A stretch of DNA of 64,000 nucleotides, from the NCBI GenBank assembly GCA_963663165.1, contig OY760175.1, positions 416,001 to 480,000 on the forward strand, read 5' to 3'. Position 1 is the stretch's first letter, and each line of letters begins with the position of its first letter. The notes below the pieces were generated by a model that was not told where the DNA came from, did no database searches, and saw only the letters and a list, made by a program, of their open reading frames with translations. The position numbers and the translations under genes were made by a program. Shown here piece after piece: positions 48,301 to 57,036 of the stretch. The stretch comes from an uncultured Desulfospira sp. Its GTDB lineage: Bacteria; Desulfobacterota; Desulfobacteria; Desulfobacterales; Desulfobacteraceae.

Positions 48301-51300
48301 GGTTAAGGAGATCAGCCTTCGGCAATGTTGCAGGCAACCCAGCGGCTTCCATAACCGGAATGTTGCAGTAATCGCCGTCAAGCCCCATTTCAACTTCCCC
48401 CTGGGTCATGGCCAGTGAAACAGCGGCTTCGGCATTGTTAAGGCATTTTTCAAGGGTTCCAGGCAGGTCCATGGAACGCCAGAGAATTTTTTTGAATTCA
48501 ATGGCGCAGGTTTTAATCAACCCTGAAAGGCCACCATAGACCGGACAGGTGGAAATGGGGGAACCATCCAGGCCAAATCCCCCTCCCAGGAAGGTGACGC
48601 CGCAAAGAAATGCCCCTTTCACGGCGGCCGATGCCGTCAGTTCATGGGCATTGGTTTTGATCAAAAGAAAAGCGGCTTTAAGGAAATTGGAGGCCCTGAC
48701 AGGGTCCTGGTCCTGAAAGGTTTCCTGTAAAATTAACAGGCCTGCGGCATTGGACAGTTTGGGGATATGGTGCTGTGATAACGGGATTACCCGGGAAGGG
48801 ATGTCCTGTTTTTGAAACTCTTCTTGAAGGCGTAAGGCAAGGGTTTGCTGGTCCGGGTCATCCGGGCAGCTGGTGATATAAACTATTTTATTTTCCGGCA
48901 GGTCAATTTTGGCCCCGTTATAAAACCGGATCTGGTCTGTGGGAAATCGTTTAAGCTTGACTTGCCTTCGCAGCAGATCCGGCAGAACGTCTATATTCTC
49001 ATCGACTGCCCGGGTGTCAGCGGCACTGGATAAAGTTTTTTTTTTATTCCCCGCAGGGGGGGGGCTATCTTTAGGGGTCAGGTACTGGACAATGTCCTGT
49101 ATGGTTCTAAGAGCGCCCATGTCTTCGGGCGAAAGATTCGGACCGGTGTCAAGCTCCTGTTCAAGCCGGGAGAGGATCTCCACCCGTTTGATGGAATCCA
49201 CACCTAAGTCGGATTCAAGGTCCATATCCGGCTCAAGCATTTCAACGGGAAAACCGGTCAGCTCACTGATAATGCCCACTAAAACCTGATAGGTGTTGGC
49301 ACAGGCCTCACTTGAATCAGATGCTTTTTTTGCAGGGGCGGAAGGGGTGCTTTTTTTACTTGCCGGGGGGGTATCCGGAAGTTTCTCAGGTACGGCAAGG
49401 CTGCTGGCAAGGGCAGAACAAATATCATCAAGGGTTTGAACCGCCCCCATGTTTTCCGGGGTTAAACCGGACTGGTCTTCAAAGTGTTTTTCAAGTTCTG
49501 AAATGATTTCTACCCGTTTGATGGAATCAATGCCAAGATCTGATTCAATGTTCATCTCAGGTTCCAGCATTTCAACGGGAAAACCGGTCAGGCGGCTGAC
49601 AATGTCAAATAAGACCGGTTGAATCGATCCGGACGGGACCTGGCCCGGTTCAGGCACCGGTGGGGACAATGGGGTGTTATGGGGTTGGTCGGCAAATGGC
49701 GCTGTTTGGGCAGCATTCCCATGGTCCGGCTGGTCCTCAGTGAGGTCCTGCACCGGCTGGCTTAAAGGCGCGGCGGTTTGCACGGGTGACTGTGCTGGCG
49801 TTTGCACTGGTGCTTGCACGGGTGTTTGTACTGGTGCCTGCAGGGGTGCCGGTACAGAAGGCAGATGATGGGTGTGGCCCATCATTCCGGCCAATGCCCG
49901 GGCGGCCTCGGCCTGGGTTTCCAGAAATTTTTCATGGGCCCTGGCCGTCTGGGCCTGGAGTTCCTGCATGGCTTCAAGTCCCCTGTGAACCAGGCGCATG
50001 GCCTCATGGGACGGGTTCTGTTCTTGGGCTTTAAACGGTGAACGGTTCATTTTATACCCTTGCTTGCTGATGTTGTCTGGTGTTAAAGGGGGGGTTCGGG
50101 TTGGGGTGGGTTCTACTGCATGGCGGCCGGATGCCGGCATGGCCAGACCGGCGGATTTTTGATCCGGATTCTGAACCGCTGGCTTGGGAAATGAAGTTTT
50201 CCTGGGGGCGGCCAAGCGCCCTTTTCCGGCTGCTGCCGGTTCCGGTTTGGGCGGTTCCGGTTTGGGATTGGCCCCGGACAACATGACCTTCATTTTACGG
50301 GGTTCCGGCTCTGTTGCCGGGTCTTCCCATGCTTTAAGGTCAATGGGATGGCCTAAAGCGGCAATTTGCGCCAGGGTAAGGGCCAGGTCAAAAATGCCTG
50401 ATTTTTTGCCGGCTGATCCGTCCACGGACAGGAAAGAACAGCCGGTTTCTTTGAGAATATTTCGGGCAAGGCCGGTAAGGACCGCTTTTGGGCCAACCTC
50501 CAGGAAGGTGGTCACCTTATGGGCCGCCATGGTCTCAATGTTACCGATAAAGTTGACCGGATGGCTCAGCTGCCGGCCCAGGGTCTGCATGATTTCGGGG
50601 ATGGTATCCGGATAAGGGGTTCCCGTGGTATTGGACAACACCGTCACCGGGGTGGGGGTGATGTCAATTTCTGTAAGGGCTTCTTGGAAAGGTTTGGCCG
50701 CCTCTTTGACCAGCCCGGAATGAAAGGCTGCGGCCACGGGCAGCTTGACCGCCCTTATCTTGGCGCTGCGGCAAAGGGTAAAGGCCCGGTCAATTTCTTT
50801 GGAAGCCCCGGACAAGACCCCCTGGGAGGGGGCATTTCTATTGGCCAGGATCAGATTAAGTTCATTGTCAATAATCAGTTTCTCAATGGTTTCAAGGCTT
50901 GCCTGGACCGCGAGCATGGACCCTGGATCATTGTCGCTGCCGGCGTTTCCGGCGGTTGCCATGAGCTGTCCCCGGATGGCGGCCAGGGCCGCCATGGTTT
51001 CCGGTGAAATCCAGTTGGCGGCCATGAGCGCCGGCAGTTCGCCAAAACTGTGACCACAGGTCATGGAAGGATACACCTTGAATCGGTTTAAAATACGGAC
51101 CATGGCCAGGCTGACCGCCCCTAACGCCGGCTGGGCCACATGGGTTTGCCGCAGCTTTTTTTCAGCCTGACCTTTGTCGATAATGTGGGGAGGCAAAGGG
51201 AAAACAGCTTCATCCAGGGATTGGTCCAGTGATTTGTTTTCACGGGAAAACGCCTGTCCTGAAAGAGAAAAGGCGTCTAAGGCTTCGGGAAAGGTACTCA

Positions 51301-53125
51301 CAAGATCCCGTCCCATTCCGGTATACTGGCTCCCCTGGCCGGGAAATAAGAATCCTATTTTTCCCCGGGGCCTGCCGGAACCGTAGAATACAGGCGATTT
51401 TGAGGGGACCTTGTTGTCAAGGACATCCATGGCCTTACGGATTAGTGCCTGGATATCCCCTTGTTTTTCATGGACCATCAACAGCCTGGCGTCGTGTTCA
51501 AATGAAAAATATTGGCAGGATTCCCATGCCTGAAAGGCAATGATTTGATCGGTTTCAACAGGGTCCGCATCGGATCTAAGGGCGTTTTCAATCTTTTTTT
51601 CAAGATCAATGAGCCGGTCTTTTACCTGGCCTTTGTCCGGGCCTGAAAAAGCAAACAGACGGACAGAGCCGTCCCAGGACACATGGGCTTTCTCAGGGGT
51701 GTATTCTTCAAGAATCGCATGAAAGTTGCTGCCGCCGAATCCGAAGGCCGATATCCCGGACCGTCTCGGGGTGCAGGCACCCAAAGGCATTGTCCATGGC
51801 CTGGATTGATGGTTCAGGTAAAAGGCAGACTGGTTGATGTCAAGATCCGGGTCCGGCTCCTGGGCCTTAAGGGTCGGGGGAATGACTTTATGGTAAAGGC
51901 TTAATACCGCCTTGATCATGCCGGCCGCCCCGGCTGCGGCCTTGGTGTGGCCGATCATGGATTTGACGGACCCCAGGGCGATTTTACGGGGTTGCCCGGC
52001 AGGGTCAAAGCAATGTTTAAGGGCGGTGAACTCCACCTTGTCCCCAACCCTTGTCCCGGTGCCGTGGGCCTCAATCATGCCGATGGTGGACGGGTCTATC
52101 CCGCTGGTGCCGTAGGCATCTTCAAGTGCCCTGATCTGGCCCGGGGTTTCAGGCGCATAAATGGCCGAGGTCCGGCCGTCGCTGGCCGTGCCGATTCCCC
52201 GGATCAGGGCATAAATCCGGTCGTTGTCCTTTTGGGCGTCTGCCAGCCGCTTGAGGATCAGCATACCAATGCCTTCGCCTAAAACAGTGCCGTCAGCGCC
52301 TTTGGAAAAGGGGCGGGCATCGCTGGTTTTGGACAGAACACCGGTTTTTGAGAAACACATGTGCATGAAAATATCGTTTAAGGTGTCCACCCCGCCGGTG
52401 ATGGACATGTCGCATTTTCCGGATTGAAGTTCCATGACTGCCGTATGAATGGCCGACAGGGAACTTGCGCAGGCCGCATCACTGACGGCATTGGTCCCGG
52501 TCAGGTCAAACCGGTTGGCAATCCTTCCGGCCACCACATTGCCGAGCAGCCCGGGAAATGAGTTTTCCTGCCATTGGACATATTGACTTTGAATGTCATC
52601 TAAAATGGCTTTTTTCTGTGCGGGATCGATTTCGGCCCGGTTCAAAGCCTTTTTCCAGATGGGATGGCCTAACCTGGCCCCTAAAGGAATCACCAGTTCC
52701 TGGGTCCCGGTGACGCCGAGAATAACGTTGACTTTCTGGGTCTTCAGATAAGGGTGGCTGACCGGGTATCCGGCATCTTCCAATGCGGCTTTGGCCACTT
52801 CAAGGCCTAACAGTTGGGACGTGTCCGTGGCCTGAATATTATTGGGGGGGATCCCGTAATCCAACGGGTTGAATGCGGTTGCGGGGATAAAACCTCCCCG
52901 TTTGCAGTAAACATGATCCGGGCAGGCCGGGTCCTGATCAAAATAATCTTTGATTCTCCAGTGGGAATCTTCGGGAATGTCCTCAATGGCGTCCCTGCCG
53001 TTAAACAGAAGATGCCAGAATTCCTTGAGTCCTGGGGAACCGGGAAATATGCAGCCCATGCCAATGACGGCAATGGGAATGTCGGGAACAGAAGGTTGTT
53101 TTGAAAGGGTTTTATTGTCTTTCAT
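45365..53125 (-). CDS. PfaA-type iterative PKS/FAS: KS-MAT-ACP-ACP-KR-DH-FabA-like DH x2
   Basis: KS DAACASS/HGTGT/GHTKAAAG; AT GHSFG; ACP DLGIDSI and DLGVDSI; KR GGARGVT; DH HTIDGLPVVP; FabA-like HFYQDPVCPGSLGLE. ATG at 53125 preferred over TTG at 53155. Confidence 0.9.
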   Translation of the reverse strand: MKDNKTLSKQPSVPDIPIAVIGMGCIFPGSPGLKEFWHLLFNGRDAIEDIPEDSHWRIKDYFDQDPACPDHVYCKRGGFIPATAFNPLDYGIPPNNIQATDTSQLLGLEVAKAALEDAGYPVSHPYLKTQKVNVILGVTGTQELVIPLGARLGHPIWKKALNRAEIDPAQKKAILDDIQSQYVQWQENSFPGLLGNVVAGRIANRFDLTGTNAVSDAACASSLSAIHTAVMELQSGKCDMSITGGVDTLNDIFMHMCFSKTGVLSKTSDARPFSKGADGTVLGEGIGMLILKRLADAQKDNDRIYALIRGIGTASDGRTSAIYAPETPGQIRALEDAYGTSGIDPSTIGMIEAHGTGTRVGDKVEFTALKHCFDPAGQPRKIALGSVKSMIGHTKAAAGAAGMIKAVLSLYHKVIPPTLKAQEPDPDLDINQSAFYLNHQSRPWTMPLGACTPRRSGISAFGFGGSNFHAILEEYTPEKAHVSWDGSVRLFAFSGPDKGQVKDRLIDLEKKIENALRSDADPVETDQIIAFQAWESCQYFSFEHDARLLMVHEKQGDIQALIRKAMDVLDNKVPSKSPVFYGSGRPRGKIGFLFPGQGSQYTGMGRDLVSTFPEALDAFSLSGQAFSRENKSLDQSLDEAVFPLPPHIIDKGQAEKKLRQTHVAQPALGAVSLAMVRILNRFKVYPSMTCGHSFGELPALMAANWISPETMAALAAIRGQLMATAGNAGSDNDPGSMLAVQASLETIEKLIIDNELNLILANRNAPSQGVLSGASKEIDRAFTLCRSAKIRAVKLPVAAAFHSGLVKEAAKPFQEALTEIDITPTPVTVLSNTTGTPYPDTIPEIMQTLGRQLSHPVNFIGNIETMAAHKVTTFLEVGPKAVLTGLARNILKETGCSFLSVDGSAGKKSGIFDLALTLAQIAALGHPIDLKAWEDPATEPEPRKMKVMLSGANPKPEPPKPEPAAAGKGRLAAPRKTSFPKPAVQNPDQKSAGLAMPASGRHAVEPTPTRTPPLTPDNISKQGYKMNRSPFKAQEQNPSHEAMRLVHRGLEAMQELQAQTARAHEKFLETQAEAARALAGMMGHTHHLPSVPAPLQAPVQTPVQAPVQTPAQSPVQTAAPLSQPVQDLTEDQPDHGNAAQTAPFADQPHNTPLSPPVPEPGQVPSGSIQPVLFDIVSRLTGFPVEMLEPEMNIESDLGIDSIKRVEIISELEKHFEDQSGLTPENMGAVQTLDDICSALASSLAVPEKLPDTPPASKKSTPSAPAKKASDSSEACANTYQVLVGIISELTGFPVEMLEPDMDLESDLGVDSIKRVEILSRLEQELDTGPNLSPEDMGALRTIQDIVQYLTPKDSPPPAGNKKKTLSSAADTRAVDENIDVLPDLLRRQVKLKRFPTDQIRFYNGAKIDLPENKIVYITSCPDDPDQQTLALRLQEEFQKQDIPSRVIPLSQHHIPKLSNAAGLLILQETFQDQDPVRASNFLKAAFLLIKTNAHELTASAAVKGAFLCGVTFLGGGFGLDGSPISTCPVYGGLSGLIKTCAIEFKKILWRSMDLPGTLEKCLNNAEAAVSLAMTQGEVEMGLDGDYCNIPVMEAAGLPATLPKADLLNLQTGEVAVITGGARGVTAQCAIRLAKETGCTIVLLGRSPEPFEEPSWANGISDAPGLKKAILVNEFKDLKPKPSDIEARYKRLAANREILATLDRINRLNAKGVYFSVDIRDKEKLAPVFSRIRETLGPVSALIHGAGVVADKLIVDKSDQQFETVFSTKVTGLYTLLSLTKSDPVRYLALFSSIAARTGNTGQSDYAAANEALNKTAAWFARKNPETRVVSINWGPWEAGMVNPSLKKEFQRKGIDLIPVNAGAACLTREMAAARPTAVEIVIGGGLTPGKGKDHLPSPKHYTRVLTQNFSTGQVPILDAHTIDGLPVVPFALLIELMAHGAEKNNPGLVFSGMDNMRLLKGVRPTADGSSDNGIDLTLKVTKCTPEDNGYGCSGILTSTCGQQEIRHAAGTCILTDSLPEPPVLSKTITMDLHEPSLTIAQAYEQVLFHGKDLECITRIKGVSAKGIEVFALTAPETQKWYKTPHSKSWTIDPMLLDAAFQAAILWTWETTKQVCLPSFLAGLRLYSSYTKIQDGPVRILFTVNEQTRHKIKGYFTFLDHQGTVLAGITGFEAVIAPSLTRKFSPPAPLFDRKSILAFAQGNPSEAFGEKYKIFDEQRQIARLPRPPYFFMDRVLLADHPQWEMKPGGWIETEYDVPQDAWYFKANRTSTMPFCILLEIALQPCGWLAAFAGSALESPDRLHFRNLGGNAAILSQVTADTGTLTVRCKMTEVSKAGGMIIQNFDMEVLCKDKMVYQGKTNFGFFTAKALANQVGIKDNLLAAYEPNPNDETPVVFQDDAPLTPNDDGKSPDSGMPAKALRMIDTIEILDMDGGLYDQGYIRAQKLVDPDEWFFHAHFYQDPVCPGSLGLESFIQMIRYFLVKKFNIDPSSSEVLLPLGRSHQWIYRGQIIPSNKQVTIHAHIKGVEAGSNQFSATADGALTVDGICIYEMKDFMVSFLPQEMVTGAKPEGFLSGPAIYDQPAPPMD

Positions 53126-53257
53126 TTGACTATGGCATTGGAATGGTGTTGTCAATTTAAATTGAACTTAATTTTAATGGGCAAGTATACACTGCCACCG
53201 GCCGGAATGCCTGTTTCACAGGGGGTTTGACAAAAGTTTTACAATGAGACGAGCCGG

Positions 53258-53818
53258 TTACCGGGCCTGGATAAAGGTTCGGCCCCCAAGAAAGGTGTGT
53301 TTAAAATAAACATTATCAAGGGATGCAACCCGGATGGGTTTTCCCTTTCCCGGGGCATGGATAAATTCGTTGTTGCCCGTAAAAATGCCCACGTGGACCC
53401 GGGAGGTTCTTCTGGAAATATTAAAGAATACCAGGTCTCCGGGTTTCAGATTGTTTTTGTTGACCTTACTGCCGGTATTGTACTGATCCCGGGCGGTTCT
53501 TGGTACAGGTATTCCGGCGCTCCGGTACACATAGTAGACCAGGCCGCTGCAGTCAAATCCCATCTCCGGGCGGGTTCCTCCCCATACATAAGGGGTTCCA
53601 ATATTCTCTATAGAGGTTTGAACGATGTGCCGGCGGATTTTGGAAATTCGGGAAAATTGGGGGTCCTGCTGTTGGCAGGGCTGGATGGGTTGCGGTGCAA
53701 TATGGGCCGAAGGGGCCAGGGCTTTGTTCCAGGCACTGCAGGCGGGTAACATGAAGCACAGGGTGAAAAGACCGGTAATTACAGCTAACTGTTTGAGAAG
53801 AGGTGTCAAATTTTTCAT
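53258..53818 (-). CDS. NlpC/P60 (C40) peptidase lipoprotein
   Basis: Lipobox LPAC; GTPYVWGG, DCSG, HVGI, FIHA. Confidence 0.92.
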   Translation of the reverse strand: MKNLTPLLKQLAVITGLFTLCFMLPACSAWNKALAPSAHIAPQPIQPCQQQDPQFSRISKIRRHIVQTSIENIGTPYVWGGTRPEMGFDCSGLVYYVYRSAGIPVPRTARDQYNTGSKVNKNNLKPGDLVFFNISRRTSRVHVGIFTGNNEFIHAPGKGKPIRVASLDNVYFKHTFLGGRTFIQAR

Positions 53819-53837
53819 GCAGAAACGGTATTATGGT

Positions 53838-54191
53838 TTATTCAATAATGTCGATAACAGTCCCTAAAACTTCGTCTTGAACCTGGATGGCTTTGGCGTT
53901 GGCGTCAAACCCGTACTGGGCGGAAATCTGCTGGACCATTTCCCGGGCCATGTCCGTATTGGACAGTTCTTTTAATGAACCGTCAGTGCTCAGGGGATCT
54001 TCAACCAACGGTCCCGGGCTGTTGTCAATGGTCGTGGTGGTGGTCACCGAGCCGTTTTGCCCTTCGGTATTCCGGGTTGTTCCGGCCTTGTATTCGTCGG
54101 AAAGGACATTGGCTACATTGCCGGCACTGGTCTGTATCTGCTGGCCGAATGCCCTCAGGGCCGATACATTATTATTTAAGGATGATATCAT
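53838..54191 (-). CDS. Short flagellar basal-body rod/hook-domain protein
   Basis: AGNVAN; ELSNTDMAREMV...YGFDANAKAI. Confidence 0.8.
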   Translation of the reverse strand: MISSLNNNVSALRAFGQQIQTSAGNVANVLSDEYKAGTTRNTEGQNGSVTTTTTIDNSPGPLVEDPLSTDGSLKELSNTDMAREMVQQISAQYGFDANAKAIQVQDEVLGTVIDIIE

Positions 54192-54420
54192 TTTTTCAAA
54201 TCTCCTTTAAAATCAATTGGTTGTAAATCACGATATGTAACACAACAACCGATGCGCCAACCAATTCACCCTTCAAACTAACAAAAAAGGTCATAAAAAT
54301 CAAGATTCTATGTCGCTCTTTTAAAAGAAGATCTTTTGCAAAATGGTTCAAGATGTCATAGAATGGCCGGGCATTAAGTCCCAGTCTTTTTTTAGGTGGT
54401 TTTTATCAGGGCTGCTGGCG

Positions 54421-54556
54421 ATCAGCTGTCAGCTGTCAGGGATTGTTGTAATCTAACAGCTAAAAGCTAACGGCTAACAGCTAAAAACTAACGGCTAACA
54501 GCTAAAAACTAACGGCTAAAAGCTAACAGCTAAAAGCTAACAGCTTAAAGCTAACA
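54421..54556. repeat. Heptamer array (GCTAACA/GCTAAAA, ~14 units) with short inverted arm
   Basis: tcagctgtcagctgtcag ... (ctaacag/ctaaaag/ctaacgg)n ending at the RBS. Confidence 0.9.
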
Positions 54557-54569
54557 AAGGAGGCAGATT

Positions 54570-55109
54570 ATGTTTACCCCGAACAATTGTGTGCTGCTCC
54601 TGGTTGATGTTCAAGGGCAGCTGGCCCAGGCAATGTATGAAAAAGACCGGTTGTTTACGTCACTTGAAATCCTTTTAAAGGGCGTAAAAGTCCTTGGTGT
54701 TCCCATTATCTGGATGGAACAGATCCCGTCCAAGCTTGGCCCGACCATTGAGCCGCTTTCAACCATCATGGACGAAGAACAGCCCATTGAAAAATCGAGC
54801 TTTTCCTGCTGCAAAGAGCCCAAATTCAATGAGCGGTTTTTGTCACTGAACCGGAACCAGGTGTTAATTGCGGGCATTGAAACCCACATCTGCATTTTTC
54901 AGACCGCCTATGACCTGCTCAACCAGGGGTTTGAGGTCCAGGTGGTGTCTGATTGCGTATCTTCGAGGATTCTGGAAAATAAAAATGTCGGCCTGCAGCG
55001 GATTTTTCAGTCCGGCGGACAGATCACCAGTGTGGAAATGCTCTTTTTTGAGTTGATGGGAGAGGCTGGCGGGGAACAGTTCAGACAGATCGTCAAGCTG
55101 ATAAAATAG
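54570..55109 (+). CDS. Isochorismatase-family hydrolase
   Basis: VDVQ, EQIPSKLG, KSSFSC, GIETHIC. Confidence 0.92.
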   Translation: MFTPNNCVLLLVDVQGQLAQAMYEKDRLFTSLEILLKGVKVLGVPIIWMEQIPSKLGPTIEPLSTIMDEEQPIEKSSFSCCKEPKFNERFLSLNRNQVLIAGIETHICIFQTAYDLLNQGFEVQVVSDCVSSRILENKNVGLQRIFQSGGQITSVEMLFFELMGEAGGEQFRQIVKLIK

Positions 55110-55115
55110 ATTTTT

Positions 55116-55820
55116 TCAGGCGGTGACGTGGATGGTGCTGGTATCCTCTTCGGGAAGGGAATGGACCCGGGTGTAGGTCTGGGTGGCCTGTTGAAGGCTG
55201 CCGAATGCTGCAGCCTCGCCTTCCTTTGTCTGTTCCTGGGTTCGGGAGGCCATGATGTCGGATACCGCATCCACCATTATGGCGCTTGCCCGGGCCGCCA
55301 CTTTCATATCCTGCGCGGACGGATCGGCCGGGGCAAGGGCCGCGCTCCTGACTTGCTGCATTTTGGCGACTGTGGCCTCGGGATCTCCTGAAACCGGAGA
55401 GGTGTCTATGCTGACCTCTCCGCCAACCGCATAATTTCTGCCGTCAGGCCCGCGCTGGTAGGTGAAGTTGGCGCCTGAAACGGCAAGCCCGCCCGATGCG
55501 GAGATATGGGCCATTTCATGCCGTTTGACTTCCATGTCCCGCTGCTTTAATTCTGTAATCAGCCTTTTTTCAGATTCGGTCAGGCTGGTTTCTGAAACCG
55601 TGGGGGATGACGGGGGATTTGACCCATCAGAGGACTGGCTCGAAGACTGGTCCGAAGCCTGGTTTTCTTCCTGGGCCGCGGATGTGTCCGGCTGGACAAC
55701 GCCTGTTTTTTCGGTATCTGTTGGGGGTTTTTGGAGATTTTCGGCGGCGGATGATGTGGAGACAAAACTGTGCTGAAAATTTGGGATTGGGGTGGTGCCG
55801 GGCGACGGCTGAATGTTCAT
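55116..55820 (-). CDS. SprA-related / CJM1_0395-like putative metalloprotease
   Basis: RDMEVKRHEMAH; YQRGPDGRNYAVGGEV; AALAPADPSAQD. Confidence 0.85.
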   Translation of the reverse strand: MNIQPSPGTTPIPNFQHSFVSTSSAAENLQKPPTDTEKTGVVQPDTSAAQEENQASDQSSSQSSDGSNPPSSPTVSETSLTESEKRLITELKQRDMEVKRHEMAHISASGGLAVSGANFTYQRGPDGRNYAVGGEVSIDTSPVSGDPEATVAKMQQVRSAALAPADPSAQDMKVAARASAIMVDAVSDIMASRTQEQTKEGEAAAFGSLQQATQTYTRVHSLPEEDTSTIHVTA

Positions 55821-55905
55821 AGCCTCGTCTCCTGTTGGTTTCTTTTACTGTCCCAATATAATAGACTTAAAGTTAAAAATTTTCAACTTTATATTCGGTT
55901 TTAGA

Positions 55906-56096
55906 CGGGACAATCGCATGTAATCTGCAGGCTGTTTGATATGTGAGTATGGATGATAATGTATAAAATGGGGACTTGGGATATGGGATATGGGACTTGG
56001 GTAGGCCGTTGATACAGCAATCCCCAAGTCCCATATCCCAAGCCCCAAGTCCATTATTGGGGAGAGTTAACTTAATTTTTACATGCGTTAGCCCTG
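55906..56096 (-). mobile_element. ~191-bp MITE, inverted homolog of 24420-24616
   Basis: Identical first 30 nt CAGGGCTAACGCATGTAAAAATTAAGTTAA; same heptamer palindrome and loop. Confidence 0.8.
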
Positions 56097-56115
56097 GCGG
56101 TTCTATATTTTATAA

Positions 56116-56144
56116 TTGACAAGGCAAAAAAAGGAGTGTATCTT
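56116..56144 (+). promoter_or_regulatory. Sigma70 promoter of hisB
   Basis: TTGACA-17 nt-TATCTT. Confidence 0.6.
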
Positions 56145-56264
56145 AGCAAGATTCATTCTATGTCTTAATATAAACGGCTGGAATGAAGTTAGGCTGACCG
56201 ATGGGCATTTTTGAATAAAAAATGCCCTGTGAACCACCGGCTTTCGTTTTTCGAGGATACTCCT

Positions 56265-56852
56265 ATGGGCCGACAGGCTATTGTTACCAGGCACACCAGG
56301 GAAACCCGGATAGATCTTCAGATTGATATGGACGGAGCAGGGCAGGCCGACATTTCCACTGGAATTCCCTTTTTTGATCATATGCTCACTGCATTTTCCG
56401 TTCACGGTTTTTTTGACCTTTCGCTAAAGGCTGTGGGAGACCTTGCTGTGGATTTTCATCATACGGTTGAGGATACCGGGCTTGTTCTAGGACAGGCCGT
56501 TCTTGAGGCCCTTGGAGACAAACAGGGAATTGTCAGATTCGGTGATAAGTGTGTTCCCATGGATGAGGCCCTGTCACGGGTGACCATTGATCTGTCTAAC
56601 CGGCCTTACCTGATTTATAATTTCCCGGATAATCTAAAATCCGGCGGACCATTTGACGTCTTTCTTGCCAAAGAGTTTTTTCAGGCACTCAGTGTGAAAG
56701 GCAACTTTAATCTTCATATCAACACCCTTTATGGTTCCAATGAACATCATGTTCTTGAATCCATATTTAAAGCTTTAGGCAGGGCTTTGCACGAGGCCAG
56801 CCGGGTGAATGAAAAGATTAAAGGGGCCTTGTCCAGCAAGGGGACGTTATAA
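56265..56852 (+). CDS. hisB: Imidazoleglycerol-phosphate dehydratase
   Basis: TGIPFFDHML, DFHHTVED, PMDEAL, NEHHVLE; ATG at 56265 after GAGG. Confidence 0.96.
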   Translation: MGRQAIVTRHTRETRIDLQIDMDGAGQADISTGIPFFDHMLTAFSVHGFFDLSLKAVGDLAVDFHHTVEDTGLVLGQAVLEALGDKQGIVRFGDKCVPMDEALSRVTIDLSNRPYLIYNFPDNLKSGGPFDVFLAKEFFQALSVKGNFNLHINTLYGSNEHHVLESIFKALGRALHEASRVNEKIKGALSSKGTL

Positions 56853-57036
56853 CGTTCGATATTCGTTTTAAGCGTTGATTGCGATGATGATACCTGAAAC
56901 ATGCATGAATGGGACTGATTCTATAATTTCAAACTGGCTGCAAAACATTTCAACATCACAGATTATTGACTTGTTTTTTTAAGTAGTTATTTTGTAATGA
57001 TCAACACTAAACCCGTGGAGTCGGCACCACTTAAAG

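Noticed and set aside
4104..54556. Repeat arrays as possible CRISPR
   Set aside because: 7-nt tandem units without unique spacers; no cas genes
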